Assembly (NCBI GenBank): GCA_905178155.1
Contig: CAJINV010000005.1
Location: 7,494,989 to 7,558,988, forward strand
Length of the DNA: 64,000 nucleotides
Direction: 5' to 3'
Source: Amoebophrya sp. A120
Lineage: Eukaryota > Protista > Dinoflagellata
Shown here: one piece after another, positions 27,185-39,795 of the stretch
Layout: every line of letters begins with the position of its first letter
Position numbering within the stretch: position 1 is the first letter of the stretch
Notes under the pieces: generated by a model
What the model was told of the DNA's origin: nothing
Databases searched by the model: none
What the model saw: the letters and a program-made list of their open reading frames with translations, nothing else
Translations under genes and position numbers: made by a program

Positions 27185-27240
27185 CCCGTAGCCATTTTGG
27201 CTCAAGGCCTTGCGCCTTGTTGCCACGTTTCCATAGAAAA
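27185..27240 (+). ncRNA. Dinoflagellate spliced-leader RNA gene candidate (or intact SL relic)
   Basis: Exact CCGTAGCCATTTTGGCTCAAG at 27186-27206 followed by GC (possible donor); 3' end estimated. Confidence 0.7.
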
Positions 27241-29282
27241 AGGGGGCCGTGCTGCCCCACGTGCCCCCGGAGTGAGAGTTAAGATACGGTCGCGGGCAGG
27301 CGGCCACTAGATCCAAAAAAAAAACAAAAGATGCGTCGTCACTTATTCTTCTTTCACCGCCCTGGGCCGCTCTGCTTGCGGCCCAGGGGCCCCACACATC
27401 CGCCGTTCCCGGATGCTCGTGTGCGTCTTCGAAAGGACATTGACGTGCGTAGAAGATCCCGAATGTTGCCGTCTTCGATTCGGATGAGGCCCCCGGGTTA
27501 CACGCGAAAGTCGGGCGACGCTCCGCCACGTGCTCCGTGTTCGAAGTCGCCGACAGACGCCTGGTCGTCGTGGAGGCGTGGGTGTTTTTCTGGTCAAGAC
27601 GACTTTAAAGACCGAGGCGTGCTTTCTGGCCGCGGCGTGGATACATATCGCTGACCAAGCGCGTGGAGGCGGCGCCGCGGGCGGGCTGATCAGGGACTTA
27701 CTTTTTCTAGAAGTTAGCGATAGTTTTTTTGAGGCAACGATCAAGGTCATTTATTTGGGGTTCCGGTAGGAGTATGATTGCATGCCAATGGGCTACTAGC
27801 GACAAAAGAATGTTGTATCTGTCTGAAGATTAAGGCGCAGTTCATCTGCTCGGCACTGGAGTCCTAGGCTCATACACCTGGCGGGACTATTTGTCGTGCG
27901 GTGGGCTGTAGCTATTTGCATCGCGACCAACGTCCAAGCTTGTTCTTGTTATCATGGAGCATGGGAGATTTTTACGTATTGCTAAGGCCTCTCCCGATTC
28001 TGCCGCTTGGGTTTTTCTTCCTCTTTTATTCAACAGCTCGACTTAGTTAGTTTTTTCTCACGAGAAGTTCTTGCAGTAGAGCAGAGTTTTTTTTTGCCCG
28101 CTTTATTGCGCAATGGGATCTCATGCTTTTCGTTTCGCTGTATTTATCTTCGCAAGCAGTTCGGCTCACCTTCAGTTTGTTTCTCGCTACAGGATAAGAC
28201 ATTAGCATCACAGTCGTCTGTTTTTGCTGCTCCTACGAAAACATGAGGTAATCAGATTGTAGGGAAGATATTCTCGTCCGAAGAATTTCGCAACAGGAAA
28301 TATCATGTACAATCACCGTAGCGCCCTTGGTACGCTGAATCAGCAGTCAAAGCTGGTGGACTTGACCCTGAAGCGCGCGGACCGCGGTCGGTACCTCGTG
28401 AAGATAAACGAAGACTTGGACGTCATACATCACAGACATCATGGATCATGGAAAATGTGCATGACAAAGTTGTGCTCTTCCAGACCCAGCATTAGAGATT
28501 TTTAAGGCCTTCGTGTCTGGATTTTTACGTATTGCCATGCGTCATGGATGTTGTAGTTTTTACCCAAGTACTACACCAAGATTTGTAGAAGTTTTTACCC
28601 AAGTACCCAAGTGCAGATTTTGATATATAATTGTTCAAGCTTCTCATCGTCATCGTCCACAGAGCTCGTCCATGTGTTCATCTTGATCATGTGTTTTTAC
28701 TCTGTCCGCCCTGGCCGCAACTCATCGCGCCAGAACAGTCAGTTGTAGAGCACGGTCGCCGGTGGCAGCACTACAGTGCAAGAACCTTTCGGGCAAACAG
28801 AAAATGCCACATCAGGAGAGGGGTTAAGACCAGCGCACCAAAGCGGCGGCAAGAAGAAGTGCAGCACGGAAGAAATAAACACTACCCTGTGCCCGCTAGT
28901 AATCTGTCTCTTCATACCAGCAACCGTCCGTCTCTATCAGCCTGATCTTCATCATTTGCCTCAACGACGGAGCAGCTTCAAGAACCAGTGCTAGATAAGC
29001 AGTGTTCGTCAACCAGCGAGGACCGCGTAGAGGCGGATGCGGTGTGGAGCATTGGCTTTGTTCCACCTCATCTAGTTGCTTTTGTCGAAAAAAAAACAGC
29101 AGAAGTAGCGAGGAGCGGTAGCGAGGAGCTGTTCATTTCATCTTCTCCGTCCTCTAGCAGTGCGTATGCGGGGTAGCAAAGCCTGACCTCTTCGTCGTAC
29201 TTAACTACCTTCCGACCGGCGCCGGTTGCGCAGTTGTTCTTTTGCGGCGGTCTACTTCGTGCGCTTTAGCGTCGCGAACGCC

Positions 29283-32200
29283 ATGCCGGCCTCGCAAGCC
29301 TACTCACCTCGGCTGGAGTCCTTGGAACTCTCCATGCGAAACTCTGTGCAGACTATCCCACGGAAAAACTGTTTCACTGTGGTGGTTTTGCAAAATCTGC
29401 ATCACAAGTTTGCTACGCATGACACTCAAAATCTGTCATGTCGGGTTCCCAAGGGAAGACACAGCTAGAAATCAATTGTCTTGCATGTGTAGCATAACAC
29501 TCACACTTCTGCGATCCATTTTCTGCATCACAAGTTCACAGTGAAGCAGCTTCTTCTTGCGATACAGACCCTGCACGAGGTAATCGAGCAGCAGCAGAAG
29601 GAGATCCTGTTGCTAAAGACCAAGCAGGAACAGCTGAGCAAGCGGTTGGATTTCTCCGAGAAAACGAACGCGAAGCACCAGAGCGAAATCATCCAGCAGC
29701 AGGAGGCGGACAACAAAATCTTGAACCAGCTCAATGTCGTCGTGCAACAGAAAAAGCCGGACATTGAGGACGTGAATAAATCCATGGACGCGCTGGTGCA
29801 GCTGTTCGACGAGAAGCTTCTCGAGCAGTCCAAATCCTTCGTCAAATCAGACTATTTCGACGACAAGCTTCTCGACTTCCAGGTGCAATTTGACGAGCGG
29901 GCGCTGTTGCTGTGCGATGAGGAAAAGCTGTACCCAGGAAAAAACACCCATTCCCATCCAATTTGTGATGCAACACATGTATGCAGTCCTGTGTTTGTCA
30001 TGCGTAAAATGGAATGGGATCATGGTTGTTTATTCCTGGATAAGCTGCGCAAGATGGTTCTCAACGACGACAACATTGTGGAAAAGCTGCTAAAGCCGGA
30101 CGGGTATGAGTTGCAAAATCATCGTGCTTGCATTTAGTATAAATTGCATTACAAATTGAGTTAGCATAAGAGGGCGAATTCGAATTTGGGATGCTGTTTC
30201 AGTTTGGAGATACGATTTGTCATGCATATCTGCGACTAGAAGTCGAGTGCGATACTTTAATTTTTGCTATGCATAACGGATCCGACCCCATTTCCAAGCA
30301 CCTGCACGCCCTCGCCTACCAGAATTCGCAGATTGATCTGAACGTTTCGAAGCTGACCAGTTGGCGGGAAAACATGGAAATGCGGATTTCGCAAATTTCT
30401 GAGACCGAGGAAGTTCACTACGAGCAACTATTGAAGAAGTACTACGGCCTCCAGGAAGACTTTTCCGACTTCGTCCAGGAACAGAAAAACAAACCCACCG
30501 CACAGAGCCTCCTGGGCGCTTTAATCTCCGCTCCCAGCCCGAATTCGCCGACGACATCGGGCGCTGGAGAGAGTAGTTTTCCGACCGGTTCTGGGGCCAA
30601 AGACGCGTCGTCACCCGGGGGCGGGTCGAGCGGGATCGTGAGCAGAACTGGTGTCCAACACAACTTTTTCGGCGGATTGGCTTCGAACACCAATATCGCA
30701 AAAAAAAACTGTTTCACTGTAAACTTGTATATGCAGAAGATGTATCTGAGAAGTATTTGTCTTGTTACACATGCAAGACAGTGGAACTTTACGTGTGTTT
30801 TCCCTTAGGAATCTCGCATGGCAAATTTTCTTTGTGATGTAGAACAAACATGTGATGCAAAACTTGCAAAATCATTACAGTGAAACACTTTTTTCATACG
30901 ATAACCAACAACGCAAGCATAATGGCTCACAACCACAACAGTAGTGTCAAGGCGAAAGATATCCGCAGTAACTTTCCCCCCGTACGCGACGTACAAATGC
31001 GGTCTCTGCATGACAAAATTTGGCTCCGATCCTAGTCTAGCATGACAAGTGTTAGTACACTGCAAATTGGTGAAATTTGTGATGCATCTTGTACATTTCC
31101 GGGAATAAATTTGTATTGCATAAAAGACATCGAGCGCATTGTGAATTCGGAGATCGACGTGTTGCGTGCCGATGTCGAAGCGCGGTACGACGTGCTGCAC
31201 GCGAAGATACAGCTACCAAATGTAAAAGTGTCTGGGTCTGGAAGGTTGGAACTTGTGATGCTAACTCTGGACTGTAAAAAAAACCTGTATTGCATGCCCA
31301 GCAAGAGGAGTCTAGTTTGTGCAACGCGGGGAGGGCATTTGTCATGCGGAGTAGCCATCAGGAAGCCCTCTAAAAAACTGTGATGCTAAGTCGTGCATTA
31401 CAGACATCCTCGGTCATGCAAAATATGCAGGACAAACCCGGCAACATTCCAGACCCAGACATTTTTGCATTTCATAACAGCTGATCAGTGACCAAATTTG
31501 GAAGGACCAGGAAAATGCAGACTACCACTTCAAATCGCCTGCCCTGAGCGTTTATGCAGTGCAGCAAAAGTCTCACGTATTTAGTACGTACTAATTGCAA
31601 CACAAATTCTATCTTGAAAAGGAAAAACCGGATTATTTGTGATGCTGGTTCATGTATTGTAAATGAATTTGTCATGCATGTGATTGCAATTAGAACAAGT
31701 GCGTCGAAGATGTTACTTTTGCACAGGATAGCGGCAACGCAAACGCTGCCAGGAACAACGGCGGAGGATTCAAAGCGATTACGACGCCGATTTTAGATAA
31801 GGCACCAGACCAGGAAGACAACGGTGGTGGGGTTCTTGTGCCATCCGCGGCGTCGTCAGCACTTTCCGAAAGCTGTGAACAGCTAAAGCTCAATACATCG
31901 TCGAGCGGTGTAGGACAAGGACGGAATATCAGTGCAGATGACGGCAGCGGTGTCGGCGGCGCAGGAGGGGGAGCTTCAGCTTCCTCGTCCTCTTCTTCTA
32001 ATAAGGTCGCGCTGAAGCCCTCAACGCCCAGCCTGGTGTCGCCACAGGTTTGCGATTACAACTCCGCTGGAAAGGAGGAGGATCATCAACATGCTATTGT
32101 CCTCGCTGGGAACAACCCGAATCGTACCGACGAAGGAGACCACCATCAAAGAAATGACTTCGACGATTTTCTGCATAACAACAGCACGACGTTGCAGGGG

Positions 32201-35200
32201 AGCGTTGTCCTCCTTGAGGGGCGGGACGCAGCCAAGTTGAAAATCCACCACAAGGGAAACAAGCAGGCAGGTGACAGCAACAGCATGCAGATTCTGCCGG
32301 CGAATCTCAAAAAGTCTGATCTCGTCACCAAGGACCAGTTTCTCGCTCTCACAGCGTTGGTCGAGTCCAAAGTCTCCTTGGCGGACCTGCACAGCAAGGT
32401 GTGTGGAATCGTGAATAGTAAGCTGAAAAACCTAAATCTAGCTGGACAACAACCACCCGGAGCTGCCGGTGGAAGCTCGGGCGCGGAAGCAGCTGCTGCC
32501 CGGGGCAACAAGAACTCTTCGTCCTTGGTGAAGCGAAATAACTTGACCTCCAACAAGAACCGCGCAGGTGTTCACGGAGAGCAGGCTAATCTAGAAGGGC
32601 CTGCTGGTTTACTATCATCCTCACCTCCACGGCCAGCTGGGGACGAGGTAATAGCACTCAGCACGACCGCGACGGAGCTTGCAGTGGATATCCAGCCCGA
32701 ACAATTAATATCCCGACCAGGACTGCTAGGTCTATTACAACCTGAAGACTCCTCCTCGTTCCGAAGTCCGCTTCAAAGTCTCGCTCTGTCTACGGCCGCC
32801 TCGCCAGATCAGGATCCGTTGCGGGGGGACGACCACGAAAATGAGGGGCGGAGGAATTATCAACATATCAACGCAAGCAAGGTTTTCAGCGAGTATCTCA
32901 GTCGGTTCATCTCGATGGAGTCCTTTGCCGGTCCGCAGCAGGATTCAGCAAATTTCAGCACGAGAATCCCAGATTTGTACGATTTGAAGACCCCGATGTC
33001 AACATCAGTACTCGCACCAGGGCAGAACCGCTCTACCGCAACTGGGAATGACACGACCGGCTGCGGGCTAAGTAATCCCAAGAAAAAACTGCGCACTCCC
33101 CTTATAGTCAAGATGGAGATTCTTGTGCTTGACAAATCCAGAACTTCTCTTGGAACTCACACATCATGATCATGACGAGGCTACGTATGCAGTGCACGCG
33201 TCGTGGCTAGCTAGTTGAACAGCCGCATCTAGAAGTCAGTTTGTCTTTGTTGATGGTTAGAGCATGACAATTTGTTTTTCAAACAGGAAAAGAATATGGA
33301 TCTCATGGACAGGCGCATGCGAAACATTCTAGCCATGCAAGCTCAAAAATGATAATGCATTTTTACAGATCATCATGTTTATAGTGGGGTAGTAAATACG
33401 TTTTTGCGCAGGATAAGCAGCGAGAAGAGCCAGGTGGAGCAGATCTGGCAGGCGTTGCCCTCCGTGATCCAAAAACACCTGGACGTGGGGAACTACGTTC
33501 CCGTATCCTTTGTAAAAAACGCCCCGACCCCATAGTCAACCTGGGGATTTTCATTTTGCAACACAAACCTAGAAGTTTTGGGACTCACGCATCACAAGTT
33601 GCAGTCCGTAGTGTAGTGCAGGTTAGCAAGGACAAACGCATCACAAATCCATCTGCTTATCCTGGTTACAGCATTACAAATGCCAAAACACGACTTCATC
33701 TAGAAATGCCTCTCATGGAGATGCGCATTACAAATGTTCCTGTGGTTGCGAATCTGCATTACAAGAACTCTGGGGTCGGGAGGACGTTTTTACAAATGAT
33801 ATCCCGGAAACCAGATTCAGGCTTACGTGGACGCCAGACTCAACGGTCCCGTAACTGTATGCATTGCAAAAGTATCGTACTCGTACTAATCGCAATCATG
33901 CATCACAAATCTCCATCCCAACGTAAAACAGCATGACAGATTCCGTTTGTCATGCTGAGCTAAGTTGTAACGCAACAACTACTCGTACGGATGCTAACTC
34001 TGGACTGTAAAAAAAACCTGTATTGCATGCCCAGCAAGAGGAGTCTAGTTTGTGCAACGCGGGGAGGGCATTTGTCATGCGGAGTAGCCATCAGGAAGCC
34101 CTCTAAAAAACTGTGATGCTAAGTCGTGCATTACAGACATCCTCGGTCATGCAAAATATGCAGGACAAACCCGGCAACATTCCAGACCCAGACATTTTTG
34201 CTTTTGCACTGCACAGGCTGCGTTCATGCCTCCCTCGGGAAAAAGCGCAGGCACAACAGCTTCAACTTCCACTCCAAAAAAGCTTTCCGAATTGGTAGAC
34301 GACGAGCGCCGCATCAAAAACGCCTGCGAGTCGCTGTTATCCACAGTAAATTTCCCGTACACGTACAAATGCAGTCTCTGCATGACAAAACTTGCTTCAG
34401 TCCTAGTCTAGCATGACAAGTTGGACACTGCAAGTTAGCGAAATTTGTCATGCATTTTGTACATGATGTACGGGAAATTTTCACTGCATAGCTGTTGCAG
34501 AAAAACACGGGCGCGCTCTTTGCGAAGCTCCAGCAAGACCTGCAGTCCGAGCTGGCGTATTCAGTGCAATAAATTTAAATATGTCGGGGTCTGGAAAAAT
34601 GCAAGGTTTGTCATGCTCGGCTAGCAAAACTCTCAGGTCTGTCATGCACGTTACCCAAAAGCCACATTCCTTGTCATGCGGAAACTACGCAGTGTAGGCA
34701 ACACCTAGAACAAGCAAGGTCAGAAACTTGTCATGCTTCGCCATCATTTCCACTTGTGGCCTCCTCGTGATACGCCACTCAGCATTACAAGTTTCCAGAT
34801 TTCCCAGACATATTTCCAATGCATATGGCGTTGCTGTTTTTGAAGGAAACCGAGGAAACGAGCAAAAAGATGCTGCTGAAAGCCGACCTCAGTATGAATT
34901 GCAAAAGCATCCTCGCCCTAGTACACATTACATTACAAGTTTTCTCAGCATGGCAAGTTGGATTTGTCATGCTGTTTTACCTCGGAAAGAAAATTTGTTA
35001 TGCATGCCCACAATTAGCACGTGTGCGACACTTTTGCACAGGATACTCAGCGACGTGATGCAACTGCAGGACGAAGTTGAACGGAAAGTGGCGGAAAAAA
35101 TTTCGGAGTTGGCAAGTCGCGATGGCCGCCTAGTAGACTCAACGCCCCAGCAGCAGATGCAGATCAACAGCCGGGTGTGTCGCTACGTGTGGCGCGGCAC

Positions 35201-37358
35201 GGATGCCGACAAGCTGTGCGACCCCGTGTTTGAATATGAATCAGTGAATTTAGAAGTTTTCACGATGCCACACACGTACAGTGAAAGTTGGTAGTACTGA
35301 GTGGATTGCATGACAAAACTAGTAGTCCTCCTCCTCAATCATATTCAGCATAGCTCTTCTTTATGTCGGCGAAATCTGTCTTGCGTTGTGTACCTGCGAA
35401 GTGGCAAGAAACAACCGTAAATTTGTATTGCATACCGAAGATGACCTAGACGCCTCGGTGCTGTCTGACGCGGCAAGTACTGGTGACGATCGCCCCACTC
35501 CTATAAAATGCAAAAGTATCTGGGTCTGGAAGACCGCGGAAATTTGTCGTGCTGTTTTTCCGTGACACGAAAGGTCTGGCATGCAGTCTTTAGCATTACA
35601 GGGCTTCAGAAGGTGCATCAAGATCAATGCCTGATCTGCATGACAAATCCCCTCTTTCGGTGACACAAAGTGGGCCACTTTTGCTGTCCGCGTATGACAG
35701 ATTTTTGTCTGATTTGAAATGCGCATGACAAGCTCGCATCCTTCGAGACCCAGACATTTTTTCAATGCATAACGCCCCGGGCTTCGCTAAACAAAGAGCT
35801 CACGGGCGGAGGGGGTGCCAAATCCTCGTCGTGTTTTACGATGGTGGAGCGCACGGAATCTGCGGCGTCGCAACCGGACGTGCAAAAAATTTCTACCGGA
35901 GATGGTGGAGAGGTGGTGGCGAGAAAAGGTATATTTTACTTACGGTCACTTGCAGCTTTCCCCCCCCCCCCCGTGCCTAACTGACCGTGATCATAGTAGT
36001 TGTAGCAGTCGTCATCGAGCGAGGACAAGAACCATTCTGTATCAGTATCGAACTGTGATCAAAAAAGCAGCTCCGTTCGCAGTCAGTCACGACTGCGCTA
36101 CTAGAGATACGATTGAATCTGCTCCTTCATTTCCTTCTATGGTGTGTCTCGCAGAACCAGAAGCGTTTTAGGAGGCGAAGGGTCTTCTGATTGCATACTA
36201 TTTCATTCTCACAAATGCAAATTCTCCAAATCGATCTCGAACAGACCCGACGAACAGTTGCCGTCCCAGTTGTAAACGAAAGAACTTAATACCGTGGGAG
36301 GTTGAACTATTAAACACGGACCCCGCGTTGTTTCAGCAAGGCCGGCCTGATACCGGTGATGTCGCAGCGCTGCAACAAGAAAGTCGAAGTGGTTCCACTG
36401 GGGTGGATCTCCAAGTACAAGTCCAACAGCGAACAAGCGATCAGCAAACCGAAATTTTACTGACGGAAGGGGGCTATGCATTGCAAATAAGGAATCGCAC
36501 TCGTACAAATGCATATATAAATTTCCTCAGCATGAGAAATAAAATTTTTAATGCGAATTTACCTCAAGAAAAAGATTTGTAATGCAGGATTGCAATACGA
36601 GTGCGATACTTTTGCACAGGATAGGGGCCTGTACTTGATTTCCACTGCCATGTTTGGCGGCCACAGCCCGAAACTCCGTATTTTTTTGAATATCAAGTGC
36701 CAATATGTAGTCGGGGTCTGGAAAGTTGGAACTTGTAAAGCTAGTCTTGCATTTCTCCTGTGAAATCTGTCTTGCGCGACCAACGTCAAAAGTCGCAGCC
36801 TCTCTTGTACTTGTCATACCAGATGGAAGAACGCAGTTTCTCATGCGGAGTGCGTATGCGAAAGCGTTCTGCAAACTTGTCATGCTGTCCTGCACATTGG
36901 AAGTGTTTTCATGATCATGCACACTTGTCACAAATTTCCAGATCTAGAGGACATATTTGCAATTCATACCGAACGGCCGGGTCCAGCTCGAGAAATACTT
37001 GGAGAACATGGAGCCGCAGGAGGCCACGGGAATCTCCATCGTCGAATATTTCGTGGTACTTGCGAATTCTCGAATATCCAAGCAGAAAATTGTGTTCGTG
37101 TTTTTTTTGGGTGCGACAGCATCACAGATATGTTTTGCATGAGAAGAAAAGTTGTCAATGTCTTGCTGAAACTGCATATTATCCGTATCCAGCATGACAA
37201 CTAGTGCGGCCCTCTTGAATTATCGGCTGCTGCATCACAGATTTACACTAGCACAAATTTTTTTCTATGCATACCGGATTTCCGTTTCCTTTACATGCGA
37301 GATGAAGGAAGACGACTGCTATCCACCTGAGGGGTTTCTGGAGATACAGAAATTGTAG
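29283..37358 (+). CDS. Large coiled-coil protein with beta-rich (C1q/TNF-like?) C-terminal domain, split by about 17 introners
   Basis: MPASQAYSPRLESLELSMRNSVQTLHEVIEQQQKEI... heptads; reconstructed C-terminus ILLTEGGLYLISTAMFGGHSPKLRIFLNGRVQL..ATGISIVEYFVVLANSRISVSF..EGFLEIQKL* (TAG ending 37358). Exons around 33170-33420 and 35930-36400 unresolved; fold assignment tentative. Confidence 0.65.
29354..29564. mobile_element. Introner family E (tatc..aaaaactgtttcactgt)
   Basis: TIRs; TSD cagac. Confidence 0.85.
29931..30042. mobile_element. Introner family G (ta.ccaggaaaaaacaccc)
   Basis: TIRs; TSD agctg. Confidence 0.85.
30105..30275. mobile_element. Introner family B
   Basis: TIRs; TSD acggg/acgga. 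Confidence 0.8.
30694..30903. mobile_element. Introner family E
   Basis: TIRs; TSD accaa. Confidence 0.85.
30960..31122. mobile_element. Introner family D
   Basis: TIRs; TSD aaaga. Confidence 0.85.
31214..31476. mobile_element. Introner family A
   Basis: TIRs; TSD acagc. Confidence 0.85.
33504..33801. mobile_element. Introner (same family as 18552-18851)
   Basis: TIRs; TSD tcccg. Confidence 0.8.
33858..34215. mobile_element. Introner family B containing a 212-bp copy of a family A interior
   Basis: 33990-34201 is identical to 31257-31468. Confidence 0.75.
34338..34490. mobile_element. Introner family D
   Basis: TIRs; TSD gctgt. Confidence 0.85.
34558..34825. mobile_element. Introner family A
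   Basis: TIRs; TSD tggcg. Confidence 0.8.
34893..35045. mobile_element. Introner family B
   Basis: TIRs; TSD ctcag. Confidence 0.8.
35502..35771. mobile_element. Introner family A
   Basis: TIRs; TSD actcc/acgcc. Confidence 0.8.
36475..36623. mobile_element. Introner family B
   Basis: TIRs; TSD ggggc. Confidence 0.85.
36691..36968. mobile_element. Introner family A
   Basis: TIRs; TSD ttgaa/ccgaa. Confidence 0.75.
37075..37273. mobile_element. Introner (divergent)
   Basis: tatcca..gcata ends; TSD tcgaa/ccgga; frame restored. Confidence 0.7.
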
Positions 37359-39346
37359 TACTTCATTTCTTCCTGGATACGACAGTCTAGGACACCAAAG
37401 CAGGAGTTGGACGAGCAGCATGCCAAATGTCACGAACAGGAGCGGGACGGGGAGAAATAGATACATCATCTTCTACTACCTGTCGTGCGGAACGAGACTA
37501 CATCTACAACTCAGAATAGAAAGACTGTGACTGTCATGTTGCTCAAATAGAAACCTGAAAGAAGAAGAACCATCTGTGTGAGGGCTACCACGCTGCGGCA
37601 CACCAGGACTTTGTTTTCTTCCAAGAAAAAACTAAAGATGTATGAAGTCGCCGGCGGTGCTACTAGTTGTAGATGTACGTCGTGCGCGTACAAAGCAAAG
37701 AATGCTTCCTCCTGATGGCAGCTCCTGGTACTTGAATGATTCGGCTTGTTTCTTCTCGCGTTCTTTTGAGCATCGTTTTGAGGAAACATCTTACGCCGGG
37801 CGACAGCCAACATCAACTACAAAGTCCCAGCTGTCTTCCTGAAGTAGATTTTTCGTTTCGACTCATTTTGACGAACTCCTGTCACTGACTCAGATCATCG
37901 GTTGTCGGAGGTGGCCAGTAGAGGCTACGCAGTTCGGTTCGTACTTCGTGTTTGTTGCAGATTCATCAGTTCTGCCGCAAAATTTCGGCCATGTCCTCAG
38001 ACTTGACATTGTCCCATTATGTAACTAGATGAAATGGCAGAAGATGTAGAGGTGCGCATTCTTTGATGGTACAAAAGATTCTGTACGCAGTCAGAAATCC
38101 GTCGGACTGTCTTTCTCGTCGGTGACCAAAATGTGGGTTCGTTTCGTCCAATATGATGGCCATATACACCATCCGTTTTTTTGCCGCAATAAAAATGATT
38201 TCGCCACCACCGTATAACTTCGTCGGTCAAAAATGCTCGTCGTGCCCGTGCCCCTTCGTACGCATGACAAAAAACCACGTCGACCTCGATGGCACCATAG
38301 GAACAAGCTGTCGGTCGTCTACGTACTTCTACTTACTAGTTTCTCCTACCTTCTCGTTCAGTTTGTCGTGTCGTTGTCAAGAAGTTGCAGTTCGTTGTCT
38401 TCTTCAGTCGTGCCGACAAGCAGATTTCCATTTTTCTCCCCAACTGCAACACTGTCGCGACAACAAGCTTCGCCTCGGTTTCAAACTGGGCCACCTTGTT
38501 TTGCAACTCACAACCACGAAGAACCTCCTCCTCACCGAGAAGATTCTCCCAACCCAAACTAACACTAAAACCGCTCGCAAAACCACCTTTTACTAAACTT
38601 AACAACTACATTTTCATTTTCATCTAGAGCAACCTCAGCATCCCTGCGGTAGTCTAGTATCAACTTAAACTTTCAACCTTCTCACCAGCAACAATCTCGT
38701 ATTTATTCATATTTCTTAATTTCAGTATCCCTGCCTTCATTTCTGTTTTCCTTTTCAGCATTTCATTCAATCATTGTTTGTCGTATATTGCAGCATCTTG
38801 TTTTCAGTTCATTTTTCATCATCATCTCCATCACCACTAGTACATTAATATCTGAAATAAATTTACAAGTAATTGTTTCATCAAAATTTTCTGCAGTTTC
38901 GAAGTCCTCGAAGATCCAATACTATTTCTCACTACTTCATTATCACGCACCTTTAATTTATCCATTCGCTCTTCTTTTTTGTTTTTCGACCAAAGTAGAA
39001 CCAAAAAACCGCTCCAATTGCGTACCCCGCAGAGGACGGATTTTCCCACATCAAGCAACACGACGGAGCACGACGATAAGAGTAGCATGTAACCCTGCTA
39101 CCTCTACTTCCGTTCTACCTCTACTTCCGTTGCTGATACAGTGCCAGACTTCAGTTCAAGAAATTAAAAACTTTTTTCAATTACACATCACCGAGTACTA
39201 CTAGTACTTGTAAGAAGACGCGAAGTAGACGACGACAAGCAATACAACAAGAGCCTAACGGATCATCTACAACAGCTACACTCGAATCAACATCGGCTTG
39301 TTGAAAAATAAACCAGTGCTGCGCTGACACCAAGACCTGCTTCAAC

Positions 39347-39548
39347 ATGACGCGCACCAAAAGTTTTGTTCGGGTGGCCGGGAGTACCTCTTGCCTTCTG
39401 GCAACGCCCGTGCTGGTGGAGGCGACTCCGACCGAGGACAAGTACGCCTTTTTGAAGGATCCCGACGATAAGCCGGACCCAGAGGCCGTGGCCGCGTATG
39501 AGAAAGCGAAAAAGATGCTGGAAGACGGGTTGAGCAACGGGCCCGCTT
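39347..39548 (+). CDS. First exon of a probable secreted/hypothetical protein; continuation unclear
   Basis: MTRTKSFVRVAGSTSCLLATPVLVEATPTEDKYAFLKDPDDKPDPEAVAAYEKAKKMLEDG, followed by a tatcccacagaaa TIR-like start. Confidence 0.4.
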
Positions 39549-39795
39549 TATCCCACAGAAAATATAAAGCTACCACAACAACATTTGTTTCTGTTCCGCA
39601 AAAATAAATACTTAAGTGCACCAAAGAACAAACCGCAGTGAATATCCTAAATGTAAAAATCTTATGCTGTGGCTTCGCCAACGACAGTGATGATTGCTTT
39701 TCATTTCATTGTGTGCGTCTCTCGACGTTTATTGATGCATGACTCGAGAAGGATGAACATGAAGATGAACAAGTGCAGTGTGCTAGCTTCTTTCT

